Origin: Minisyncoccota bacterium
Lineage (GTDB): Bacteria; Patescibacteriota; Minisyncoccia; Phycocordibacterales; JAQTLZ01
Direction of reading: 5' to 3'
DNA: 64,000 nt
Assembly (NCBI GenBank): GCA_028711065.1
Contig: JAQTSY010000006.1
Location: 213 to 64,212, forward strand
Shown: positions 26,433-34,792 of the stretch, in pieces
Layout of the letters: the number at the start of each line of letters is the position of its first letter
How positions within the stretch are numbered: position 1 is the first letter of the stretch
Translations under genes and position numbers: made by a program
The notes under the pieces: model-generated
What the model was told of the DNA's origin: nothing
What the model saw: the letters and a program-made list of their open reading frames with translations, nothing else
The model's database searches: none

Positions 26433-27902
26433 ATGGCTTCTCTCGACGAACTAAAAAACACGCGGCTCGCAAAACTCAAAGCTCTCAAAGATGCTGGCGT
26501 CGAGGCTTACCCAGCAGAGGCAAAACGTGATGAATCTCTCGGCGAAGTCGTAACTCATTTTGATAAGCTTTCTGCATCCGGTAAAGAATTTTCATTGGTT
26601 GGCCGAGTTATGTCGCTTCGAGGACAAGGGGCACTTATTTTTTCCGATATTTTTGATGGGACAGGCAAGCTTCAGATTCTTCTCAAATCTGACGAAATGT
26701 CTGGGAATTTTTTCAAGCTTTTTCAGGATACTGTAGACATCGGAGACTTTTTAGAAGTTCATGGCACGCTTTTCGTGACCAAACGCGGAGAGAAAACTTT
26801 GCAGGTAAAGAGCTGGAAGATGCTCACGAAGTCTCTCCTTCCACTTCCGGAAAAATGGCACGGACTTACTGACGTGGAGGAGCGCTTTCGAAAGCGCTAT
26901 CTCGATATCCTTATGGATCCGGAGATTCGCGAACTTTTTGTAAAGAAATCTAAATTCTGGGATGTTACCCGTTCTTTTATGAAGAAAGAAGGCTTTATGG
27001 AAGTTGAAACGCCAACGCTTGAAGTGACGACCGGCGGAGCGGAAGCAACTCCATTTAAGACTCATCACGAAGATTTTGATTTGGACGTGTTTATGCGTAT
27101 CTCCATCGGTGAGCTTTGGCAGAAGCGTCTTATGGCAGCTGGCTATCCAAAGACATTTGAAATTGGGCGAGCATACCGCAATGAAGGTACTGATGTGAAT
27201 CATGTCCAAGAATTCACGAATCTTGAATTTTATCTCGCTTACGCAAACTATGAAGACGGAATGAAGCTCGTTGAAAGACTTTACCAGACAATCGCAAAAG
27301 AAGTCTTCGGTACGACAAAATTTACTTCTCGCGGAGTTGAATTTGATTTCTCTGGTGAGTGGAAGAGGATGGATTATCGGGATACTGTGAAAAAAGAGAC
27401 GGGAATTGATGTTTTGGATTCATCAGACAAGGAAATAGAGAAGAAACTGAAGGAGCTCAAAATTACCTATGACGGCACAACTCGGGAGCGAATGATTGAT
27501 ACCCTTTGGAAATATTGCCGAAAGAAAATTGCAGGGCCGGTCTTTCTCGTAAATCATCCAAAAATCGTCTCTCCGCTTGCCAAGTCCAAGCCGGAAAATC
27601 CTGAATTAACCGAGCGATTCCAGATCATTCTCGCGGGAACAGAAGTGGGCAACGGCTTTTCAGAATTGAATGATCCAGTTGAACAGCGAAAGCGATTTGA
27701 GACCCAACAGGAACTTCTGAAATCCGGAGACAAAGAAGCGATGATGGCGGATTGGGAATTCGTCGAAATGCTCGAGCACGGCATGCCTCCGACCTGCGGT
27801 TTCGGTTTCGGCGAGTCGCTTTTTGCGATTTTGGTGGATAAACCGATTCGTGAAGTGCAGATTTTTCCGCTTATGCGACCTAAGGATGGAGTCAAGGAAT
27901 AA
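26433..27902 (+). CDS. lysS: Lysyl-tRNA synthetase (class II)
   Basis: An OB-fold N-domain is followed by class II motifs (FMEVETPTL, IGRAYRNEG, GMPPTCGFGFGESL). Confidence 0.95.
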   Translation: MASLDELKNTRLAKLKALKDAGVEAYPAEAKRDESLGEVVTHFDKLSASGKEFSLVGRVMSLRGQGALIFSDIFDGTGKLQILLKSDEMSGNFFKLFQDTVDIGDFLEVHGTLFVTKRGEKTLQVKSWKMLTKSLLPLPEKWHGLTDVEERFRKRYLDILMDPEIRELFVKKSKFWDVTRSFMKKEGFMEVETPTLEVTTGGAEATPFKTHHEDFDLDVFMRISIGELWQKRLMAAGYPKTFEIGRAYRNEGTDVNHVQEFTNLEFYLAYANYEDGMKLVERLYQTIAKEVFGTTKFTSRGVEFDFSGEWKRMDYRDTVKKETGIDVLDSSDKEIEKKLKELKITYDGTTRERMIDTLWKYCRKKIAGPVFLVNHPKIVSPLAKSKPENPELTERFQIILAGTEVGNGFSELNDPVEQRKRFETQQELLKSGDKEAMMADWEFVEMLEHGMPPTCGFGFGESLFAILVDKPIREVQIFPLMRPKDGVKE

Positions 27903-27953
27903 TTGCTTTTTTTCTCGATTTCATCTATAGTGGTTGCCTAAACAAATATTTAT

Positions 27954-28112
27954 ATGTCACAGGATAAACTCATAAAACTCATTTGCCAGAACTGTAAGCG
28001 CGTAAACTACTGGTCCACAAAAAACAAGAAATCTGTAGAGCGAAAAATCGAGCTCAAGAAGTTCTGTAAATGGTGCAAAAAGAAGACCATCCATAAAGAA
28101 GGCAAGAAATAA
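27954..28112 (+). CDS. rpmG: 50S ribosomal protein L33
   Basis: The 52-aa product MSQDKLIKLICQNCKRVNYWSTKNKKSVERKIELKKFCKWCKKKTIHKEGKK has a Cys4 zinc ribbon and the L33 pattern. It is shorter than 60 aa, so it is absent from the ORF track. Confidence 0.8.
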   Translation: MSQDKLIKLICQNCKRVNYWSTKNKKSVERKIELKKFCKWCKKKTIHKEGKK

Positions 28113-28121
28113 CTCGAAACA

Positions 28122-28265
28122 GTCTTTATGAGACACCAGAAAAATCCCCAGCGGGGATTTTTCTTTGTGCTGGGCGCCGGCTGCTTTGTGGTATAGTTTT
28201 TGCCCAAAGCAAAAATTACACCACAAAGACCCTGCCAGCCTGGCGTGCGCGGTGTCTCAAAAGAC
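28122..28265. repeat. Copy B of the ~142-nt structured intergenic element
   Basis: Outer inverted repeat gtctttatgagacacc / ggtgtctcaaaagac. Inner hairpin agaaaaatcccc-agc-ggggatttttct. Core 28165-28250 is 84/86 identical to 5729-5814. Confidence 0.8.
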
Positions 28266-28316
28266 AGTTTCTCGCTCGTGGTGAATTCAGAGAATTGTGA
28301 TATTATCTAGCGCACT

Positions 28317-28390
28317 GGGTCCATAGTTTAATGGTAGAACGACGGTCTCCAAAACTGTAGGTCGAGGTTCGATTCCTCGTGGGCCCGCCA
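28317..28390 (+). tRNA. tRNA-Trp (anticodon CCA), CCA end encoded
   Basis: Acceptor stem gggtcca/tgggccc, D-arm gttt..gaac, anticodon loop cuCCAaa, T-arm cgagg-ttcgatt-cctcg, discriminator G, then CCA. Confidence 0.85.
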
Positions 28391-28487
28391 AAAAACAGCG
28401 TTAGCGTTTTTTGAGCGAGCCCAAGAAAGCCATAAAGATAGCTTTCGGCGAGGAATCGACCGATACTCCTCGTGGATCATCTCAAAT

Positions 28488-28521
28488 TATATTAAAAATG
28501 ACCGCGGGCTTTTGCGGTCAT
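28488..28521 (-). terminator. Rho-independent terminator of the minus-strand hypothetical gene
   Basis: On the minus strand the hairpin atgaccgc-aaaagccc-gcggtcat is followed by TTTTTAATAT. Confidence 0.55.
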
Positions 28522-28548
28522 TTTGCTATCCACTATGTTTTGAAACGA

Positions 28549-28845
28549 TTACGGCAACGGACTGAGATCCTGCGGAACGAGTTCGTTCCAACGAATCGGA
28601 TCTGTCGGAATTCCCAATTCTTCCGGACGCACCATCTCCACTTGCAATCTCGGTGACGTAATGTCACCATGCGTGGAAATTGTTTTGTCCTCGAAAACGG
28701 GGAAACAGTATGTCGTGCCTTGCCCGCCGCGTGTAGAGGCAAAGTAAATCTGACCCTCCGCGCCATAACGGAAGAAGCCACAGGCTATCTTTCCGTATTC
28801 TTCCCAGCAGATGCCAATCACCTGCGGTGCTTTCAGTTGGTTCAT
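28549..28845 (-). CDS. Hypothetical protein in a GC-rich islet
   Basis: The RBS GGGAGGA lies 7 nt before the ATG. A terminator sits downstream and GC is above 50%. The overlapping + strand ORF is taken to be its shadow. Confidence 0.5.
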   Translation of the reverse strand: MNQLKAPQVIGICWEEYGKIACGFFRYGAEGQIYFASTRGGQGTTYCFPVFEDKTISTHGDITSPRLQVEMVRPEELGIPTDPIRWNELVPQDLSPLP

Positions 28846-28966
28846 GTACTATCCTCCCATGAGTTAATCCCACAAGCATATAACACTAGTAACTACATTA
28901 AGTCAAATCTCTAGAACTTTTGAAAAAGTTTCTTGCCTTCCGTTACCCGAGCGATAGAATGGGGGT

Positions 28967-30115
28967 ATGGAACCCCTAGCCTCAAAAATTCGACCGAAAA
29001 ATCTCCAAGAATTCATTGGACAGAAACACCTTGTGGGAAAGGGCATGCCTCTTCGAGTCGCTATAGAAAAGAAGCATCTTTTCTCCTTTATCCTTTGGGG
29101 TCCTCCCGGAGTGGGGAAGACGACTCTGGCAAAAATATATGCCAATGCTTTGGATGCCAAGCTCTATGAACTTTCGGCAGTTTCGGCTGGAAAAGATGAT
29201 ATTCGTAAAATTGTTGAGGATGCGGACCTACTTTCTTCCGACAAACCCAAAGTTCTTTTTCTTGATGAAATTCATCGCTTCAATAAAGCTCAGCAGGATT
29301 TTCTCTTGCCTTATGTTGAATCTGGGAAATTGACGCTCATCGGCGCAACGACAGAAAATCCGAGTTTTGAAGTCATCTCACCTCTCCTTTCACGTTGTCG
29401 CGTATTTGTGCTCAATGAATTTTCCGATAAAGAAATGTCGGAAATTATTGACCGAACGAAGATGAAAATCGGGAAGGAAGCAAAAGATTGGCTCGTGCGG
29501 ATGGCAAATGGCGATGCTCGGCAGGCGGTGACGATGCTCGAAAATACTAAAAAGCTTTACGGCACAATCACGATTGAAAATTTAAAAAATACTCTACAGA
29601 GCAAGCTTTTACGTTTCGATAAGAAAGGAGAAGAACACTACAACACTATCAGTGCATTCATAAAAAGTATGCGGGCAAGCCAGCCGGACGCCGCTCTCTA
29701 TTATCTCGCTCGCATGATTGACGCCGGAGAAGACCCAAAATTTATCTCTCGTCGGATGGTTATTTTTGCTTCAGAAGATATCGGATTGGCACAGCCAACG
29801 GCTCTCGTGGTGGCAAATGCTGTCTTTGCGGCAGTAGATGTAATTGGGCTTCCAGAAGCGCAAATAAATCTTGCTCACGGAGTAACGTATCTGTCTCTCG
29901 CCCCAAAGAGTAAGGATTCTTATTATGCATATTTTGAGGCGCTCGAAGATGTGAAGAAAACTGGAAATTTACCAATTCCGCTTCGCATCAGAAACGCCCC
30001 GACCAAACTCATGAAAGATTTGAAATATGGTGCCGGCTATGAAAAGTACGACAAAGAAAGCTATCTTCCCGACGAACTCAAAAACAAAAAGTATTTGAAG
30101 TGGAAGAGAAAGTGA
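28967..30115 (+). CDS. rarA: Replication-associated recombination protein A (AAA+ ATPase RarA/MgsA)
   Basis: GPPGVGKTTLAKI is Walker A and LFLDEIHRFNKAQQD is Walker B plus sensor. The C-terminal MgsA helical domain is present. Confidence 0.9.
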   Translation: MEPLASKIRPKNLQEFIGQKHLVGKGMPLRVAIEKKHLFSFILWGPPGVGKTTLAKIYANALDAKLYELSAVSAGKDDIRKIVEDADLLSSDKPKVLFLDEIHRFNKAQQDFLLPYVESGKLTLIGATTENPSFEVISPLLSRCRVFVLNEFSDKEMSEIIDRTKMKIGKEAKDWLVRMANGDARQAVTMLENTKKLYGTITIENLKNTLQSKLLRFDKKGEEHYNTISAFIKSMRASQPDAALYYLARMIDAGEDPKFISRRMVIFASEDIGLAQPTALVVANAVFAAVDVIGLPEAQINLAHGVTYLSLAPKSKDSYYAYFEALEDVKKTGNLPIPLRIRNAPTKLMKDLKYGAGYEKYDKESYLPDELKNKKYLKWKRK

Positions 30116-30208
30116 GGAGTGGGTTGGGACCCGCTCCGCAAGACCTTGAGCGTTCTGTAATCAGAATGTGAAAGGTGTACAGCTCCTGTAAGGAGAAAAT
30201 TGACGTCA

Positions 30209-30239
30209 AAAACCGGTGAAGACTTGCTTCACCGGTTTT
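30209..30239. terminator. Bidirectional terminator (13-bp perfect stem flanked by an A-run and a T-run) between convergent genes
   Basis: aaaaccggtgaag-acttg-cttcaccggtttt. Confidence 0.7.
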
Positions 30240-30255
30240 GATCCTTATTTTCATT

Positions 30256-30729
30256 TCAATATTCCTCCAGGATCTTAACGAAGGAATACTTTTTCGGAGA
30301 GTAGGCGTATCCGCGCAGAACGCTTTCCATCCCTCGACACTCTTCATTGAGGCCGAAATTGATGGAGAAGCGGTTGTCCCACCAGTAGTACCTCCACCCT
30401 TCCGTGTCCACAAATTCACGCCAATGTTCGGGTTGAAACTGTACCAACTTGGCGCTGTATCCACGACCTGTGCTGCTCACGACCACCTTTACTGGTCTTG
30501 TGTCGATATGAGCAACGCCTATCCATGGAGCGATGAATTGGTAACCTCCCTGAGTGGTCCACATTTCTCCTGTGAGCCAATTCCGGGATACTCCCAGTTC
30601 AGTTGGTTCTGTGTAGTTGAAAAAGCCGTAGCGCACAATTATTATCACTGCTACTGCCCACAGAAGGATTCGGTGCCATCGTTTCAGTTGCCACCGCCAC
30701 CTCCATCTTGCTGCCCGCTTTGGTTTCAT
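30256..30729 (-). CDS. Single-pass membrane protein, paralog 1 of a tandem pair (GC-rich islet)
   Basis: The ATG at 30729 overlaps the upstream stop (ATGA), and a GAAGGTGG RBS precedes it. There is an N-terminal TM helix. The protein shares the V..ID.RP....S......AKLV.F.P......FV...G pattern with the adjacent gene. Confidence 0.5.
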   Translation of the reverse strand: MKPKRAARWRWRWQLKRWHRILLWAVAVIIIVRYGFFNYTEPTELGVSRNWLTGEMWTTQGGYQFIAPWIGVAHIDTRPVKVVVSSTGRGYSAKLVQFQPEHWREFVDTEGWRYYWWDNRFSINFGLNEECRGMESVLRGYAYSPKKYSFVKILEEY

Positions 30730-31217
30730 TGCGCCACCTTCGTCTCTTTTGTATCCGGCATACCTTGGCCCGGAGCGAGTTCTTGGATCACGGTCAGAAA
30801 CGGACAGTCTCGGCCCTCCGCTCTGTCGAAGGCATAGCACTTGAGTATTTCCTGCAAATCTGACAGCTTGTCGCCGGCACTTCTGCCGTGCCATTCGACG
30901 AATGTGTCGATACCTTTCGGATTGAAGCGGACCAGTTTTGCGTTTAGTACCCGCGAATTGGCGCTTATGGAAAGCTGGTAGGGCCGCAAGTCAATCGTAT
31001 GTACGCTGTATCTCCAGGGTGTCCGAGACACCCAGCCGGTATGTTCGATCGGTTCGATCTTGCCGGTGAACTTATCGTAGGCAAAACCGAACTCGTAATT
31101 ATCGACAAATGTGACCCAGAACATAAACCAAGCCGCGAGACCGAGCACTCCGAGGCCGATGCTTCCCCCAACCAGCACGATCAGCCACTTCAGGTTGAAG
31201 ACAGATTTCAATTTCAT
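30726..31217 (-). CDS. Single-pass membrane protein, paralog 2 of the tandem pair; weak resemblance to an SPFH/band-7 N-terminal region
   Basis: The RBS GGAGGG lies 9 nt upstream. An N-terminal TM helix is followed by ...YEFGFAYDKFTGKIEPIEHTGW...HTIDLRPYQLSISANSRVLNAKLVRFNP. Confidence 0.5.
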   Translation of the reverse strand: MKLKSVFNLKWLIVLVGGSIGLGVLGLAAWFMFWVTFVDNYEFGFAYDKFTGKIEPIEHTGWVSRTPWRYSVHTIDLRPYQLSISANSRVLNAKLVRFNPKGIDTFVEWHGRSAGDKLSDLQEILKCYAFDRAEGRDCPFLTVIQELAPGQGMPDTKETKVAQ

Positions 31218-31315
31218 GACGCGTTCCCTCCATTTCAGTTTTCATTTTCCCAATCTAAGAGCTTCGCACAATGCGAATTGCTCAGTAATTGAGGAAGACT
31301 ACCCCGTGCACGATT

Positions 31316-32209
31316 TTAAAATAATAGATAGCTTTTGTCAACTTTGTTGGTTTGTTTAATCTTCTGCCACCTTATTCTCTTATCTCTTTTAAACCATGTC
31401 ATTTGGCGTTTTGCGTAATGCCAGATTTCGGTTTTGAGTTTGGAGATCATTTCTTCTCGCGAAATTTCTCTTTGCAGATATGCTGCGAGGTATCGGTATT
31501 CTAGACCCAGCGCTTCCATTCGTTTCCAACTCAAGCCGTTTTTATGCAATTGCTTTGCCTCGTCGATCATATACTTTCTAATTCGCTCCAATAGGCGAAT
31601 AGTTATTCTCTTCTTTAATTCCGCATCAGAAAGTTTGATACCAATTTGAACTACTTCATATTTGTGCAACACTCGGTGTTGCACAATGGGTACAGAGCCG
31701 AGAGCTTTTGCGATTTCAATTGCTCGCACGAGCCGACGAGGATTATTTTTATCAATTTCTTTTGCTCGACGGGGGTCGAGTTTTTTCAGGATTTTGAAAA
31801 GCTCTATTGCAGATTTTTTCTCTAAACGTGCCCGAAGTCGCACATTCGGCGCGACTTCGGGCAGAACTGTACCATCCACAATTGCCTGGATATAAAATCC
31901 TGTTCCTCCGCAAATGATGGGCAACTTTCCACGCGCCACAATGTCATCAATGACCTTTTCTGCGAGTTTTTTATATTCCGCTACAGTAAATTGCTTTTTT
32001 GGATTGGCCACGTCTAAAAGATGATGGGGAATTCCCTTCATCTCGCGCCGAGTGATTTTTCCCGTTCCGATATCAAGCCCTTTGTAAACTTGCCGTGAGT
32101 CAGCAGAAACAATCTCGCCGCCGAGTTTGCGCGCGAGCGTAACCGCGAGCGCGCTTTTTCCGCTTGCGGTTGGACCGAGGATTACGAGGATTTTTAGTTT
32201 CCGTTCCAT
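31316..32209 (-). CDS. miaA: tRNA dimethylallyltransferase
   Basis: ILGPTASGKSALAVTLA is the P-loop. IVSADSRQVYKGLDIGTGK and LPIICGGTGFY are MiaA motifs. Confidence 0.9.
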   Translation of the reverse strand: MERKLKILVILGPTASGKSALAVTLARKLGGEIVSADSRQVYKGLDIGTGKITRREMKGIPHHLLDVANPKKQFTVAEYKKLAEKVIDDIVARGKLPIICGGTGFYIQAIVDGTVLPEVAPNVRLRARLEKKSAIELFKILKKLDPRRAKEIDKNNPRRLVRAIEIAKALGSVPIVQHRVLHKYEVVQIGIKLSDAELKKRITIRLLERIRKYMIDEAKQLHKNGLSWKRMEALGLEYRYLAAYLQREISREEMISKLKTEIWHYAKRQMTWFKRDKRIRWQKIKQTNKVDKSYLLF

Positions 32210-32344
32210 GCTTGTTTATATTGCCATACGTTGACATTATGTCAATTATTTGGTATTTTTCGCACGGACGCTCTCAAAAAACCAATGTTTCTGAGCACAA
32301 TGTGTGCGAGGGACTAAAGGTGAGAGCATAGCAAAGGAGGTTGT

Positions 32345-33355
32345 ATGGCTGACCTAGCCAACAAGACGTTGCCTGAATTGGTGGACATTGCCGAGGGACT
32401 CCAGGAGAGTCTCGAACGGGAGACCAAGGCGAAGGAAAGACTTCAGGAACGGATGAACACTGAAACGGTGTTCAAAGAAACGTCCCGGCTCTCGCTGGAG
32501 CTCGGCAAGACCGACGCCAACTTGAAGTCGGCTCAACTCCAGGTGAGCAAGCTGGAAGCTGCTCGCGAGGTGCACGTGACACAGGCGACGGGCATGGAGA
32601 AGGTCATCGCGGAGAAAAATGCGCGTATCGCCGAAATACAGAATGAGCTCGATGATGTTAAACGTGCTCGCAAAACCATTGAAGGTGCTCTGCTCCTCAG
32701 TCAAGCGACAAATGTCGGAAGGAGCTGGGGACCGTATGTCGGCGCCGTCGCCATGACTATCATCATGGCTGTGGTATTCGTCAAGGGGTTCTGGATGCCG
32801 CGCACCGGCGACGTGAAAACTGACGTGTACAATGCCGTGGGGCAGCTCTCGTCGATGATGTGGCAAGAGCGCGACCGCGCACAACAGTTGCAGAATGCAG
32901 ACGCATTCTGGGGCGTGAAGATGGGGAAGTCCACAGACGGCGAGGCGTCCTTTACCGTAAATATTTGGCCGGAGCTTTCGGGAAAGAAGAAGGCAGATGG
33001 CGAATATATTTCCGGTCTTATCCTCACCGCACTGCGCTTCAATACCGCCGTGGTCACCCCCGGACAGAACATCGAATCGCATATCGCCTACGCGGACGCG
33101 CCCGAGAAAGGGGGAATACAATTTTCCGATTATCTCAATGATGTGCTAAACCATAGCCGGAAGGATATCGATTCTCACCTTAAGGAGTTTAATGTGAACA
33201 TTAACGTTGAATATCTCCACGTGAAGGAAGAAAACTTCCGCCAGCGTGGTATAGGCTTTTTCTTTAGGGATGGAAAGTTCACCGAGAAGCAGGAGAAGAT
33301 GGATAAGTTTTATCCAGATCTGCCACCTCCTGGCCCCGGTGATGGAAAAGGTTGA
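32345..33355 (+). CDS. Hypothetical coiled-coil / membrane protein in a GC-rich islet
   Basis: There is an N-terminal coiled coil, a central TM helix (VGAVAMTIIMAVVFV) and a C-terminal globular domain. GC is about 52% and a terminator follows. Confidence 0.5.
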   Translation: MADLANKTLPELVDIAEGLQESLERETKAKERLQERMNTETVFKETSRLSLELGKTDANLKSAQLQVSKLEAAREVHVTQATGMEKVIAEKNARIAEIQNELDDVKRARKTIEGALLLSQATNVGRSWGPYVGAVAMTIIMAVVFVKGFWMPRTGDVKTDVYNAVGQLSSMMWQERDRAQQLQNADAFWGVKMGKSTDGEASFTVNIWPELSGKKKADGEYISGLILTALRFNTAVVTPGQNIESHIAYADAPEKGGIQFSDYLNDVLNHSRKDIDSHLKEFNVNINVEYLHVKEENFRQRGIGFFFRDGKFTEKQEKMDKFYPDLPPPGPGDGKG

Positions 33356-33374
33356 AATATCTTGAATAGGAATC

Positions 33375-33414
33375 CCCTCGGTGTACTCATTGCGCACCGA
33401 GGGTTCTTTTTTTG
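33375..33414 (+). terminator. Rho-independent terminator
   Basis: ccctcggtg-(11-nt loop)-caccgaggg followed by TTCTTTTTTTG. Confidence 0.7.
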
Positions 33415-33541
33415 TTGAAAAAAGAATCGACCCTTACAGGGAGTAGTATCCTGATTGTTTTTTTATTAAGAGAATCGGTCACAAGTCTTTTTCTGCTGAA
33501 AAAGCTCGCGACCCCGACTCAGCGCCCATGCGCTTCCGTCT

Positions 33542-33614
33542 TTCGATTCTCTCTCCCGCACCAAAGACAGGGTTTTCCCTGTCTTTGGTTTTTGTGCCGG
33601 GAGAGAGAATCGAA
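33542..33614. repeat. Long composite hairpin formed by the tRNA-Leu 3' end and an inverted copy of it downstream
   Basis: Outer arms ttcgattctctctcccg (33542-33558) and cgggagagagaatcgaa (33598-33614) pair perfectly over 17 bp. Between them lies the inner perfect hairpin accaaagacaggg-tttt-ccctgtctttggt, followed by TTTTT on the + strand. Confidence 0.75.
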
Positions 33615-33676
33615 CTCTCATGGATTGCTCCGCACGATTTTGAGTCGTGTGCGTCTACCAATTCCGCCATCCCGGC
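33595..33676 (-). tRNA. tRNA-Leu (anticodon CAA), long variable arm; CCA not encoded
   Basis: The minus-strand sequence is gccgggatggcggaattggtagacgcacacgactCAAaatcgtgcggagcaatccatgagagttcgattctctctcccggca. The acceptor stem is gccggga/tcccggc and there is a class II variable arm. Confidence 0.85.
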
Positions 33677-33778
33677 TTTATTAAAATATACTTCGAACCT
33701 CACAAGTGTATTCAAAAATGGCTCAAAAATCAATTCTTTTGGCTTTGCGCCTACGAGTGCTTATGCTAAAATTCCACT

Positions 33779-34792
33779 ATGAAAAATGATGCTGTGCGTC
33801 CACAATTCGAGAACAATGCCATTTTCTGGATCGAAGTTGAGAAGATAAAACCTAACCCTTACCAGCCTCGACACGACTTTGACGAGGCACGTCTCAAAGA
33901 TCTCGCTGAATCAATCCGCCAGTACGGCGTGCTTCAACCTCTCGTTGTAACCAGGGGCGAAGTGGAAAAGGCAACTGGAGGTCTCGCAGTTGAATACGAG
34001 CTTATCTCCGGTGAGCGCCGTCTTCGTGCTTCAAAAATTGCCGGACTCTCCCAAGTTCCTGCAATTATTCGAAGTGGTACCGAAGATGCGAAATTAAAGC
34101 TTGAACTTGCGATCATCGAAAATCTTCAACGTGAAGATTTGAATCCGGTGGATAGAGCGCGAGCATTTGAACGTCTCACCAGCGAATTTAATTTTAAACA
34201 CAACGAAGTTGCCGCAAAAGTGGGGAAGAGCCGTGAATATGTTACAAATAGTCTCCGAATTCTTTCGCTTCCGCCGGAAATGATAACTGCGCTTTCTGAA
34301 GGGAAAATTACGGAAGGACACACTCGTCCGCTTCTCATGCTTGGAACGCGCCCCGAAGAACAGCAGACGCTTTATAAAGAAATTCTTCTCAAGCACTTAA
34401 CGGTTCGAGAATCAGAAAGCATTTCCCGCCGTATTGCATATGACAGAGCTCGCAAGAAAGAAACCACCTTTGATCCCGAAATTATCGAGATGGAAGAAAA
34501 GTTGACTGAGTCTTTAGGAACTCGGGTTCATATTGAACAAAAAGAAGTCGGGGGGAAAATTCTCATTGATTTCTTCTCGAACGACGACCTCCATAGTATT
34601 CTCAATCTCCTGCGCACAAATGGAAAAGGCAAGAAACCGAATGAGATGTTGCAAAATTATTTGGCTTCCCAAACCCCAACCGTTTCTAAGGATACTCCTA
34701 TGGATCCAGTTGCCGTAAACGACAAACCAAAAATCGAGGAAACAAAAGAGGACGACACTGATCTCTATTCAGTGAAGAATTTTACTGTCTGA
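33779..34792 (+). CDS. parB: ParB/Spo0J-like partition protein (no adjacent parA)
   Basis: The ParB N-domain is present (PNPYQPRHDFDEARLKDLAESIRQYGVLQPLVV, GERRLRASKIAG), as is the HTH (HNEVAAKVGKSREYVTNSLRIL). It carries a C-terminal extension. Confidence 0.8.
   Translation: MKNDAVRPQFENNAIFWIEVEKIKPNPYQPRHDFDEARLKDLAESIRQYGVLQPLVVTRGEVEKATGGLAVEYELISGERRLRASKIAGLSQVPAIIRSGTEDAKLKLELAIIENLQREDLNPVDRARAFERLTSEFNFKHNEVAAKVGKSREYVTNSLRILSLPPEMITALSEGKITEGHTRPLLMLGTRPEEQQTLYKEILLKHLTVRESESISRRIAYDRARKKETTFDPEIIEMEEKLTESLGTRVHIEQKEVGGKILIDFFSNDDLHSILNLLRTNGKGKKPNEMLQNYLASQTPTVSKDTPMDPVAVNDKPKIEETKEDDTDLYSVKNFTV

Noticed and set aside
33480-33560. A second, + strand tRNA gene convergent with tRNA-Leu (suggested by ttcgattctctctcccgcacca)
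   Set aside because: Only the terminal ~19 nt are tRNA-like. The upstream sequence cannot form a T-stem, anticodon arm or D arm, so it is an inverted partial copy and not a gene.
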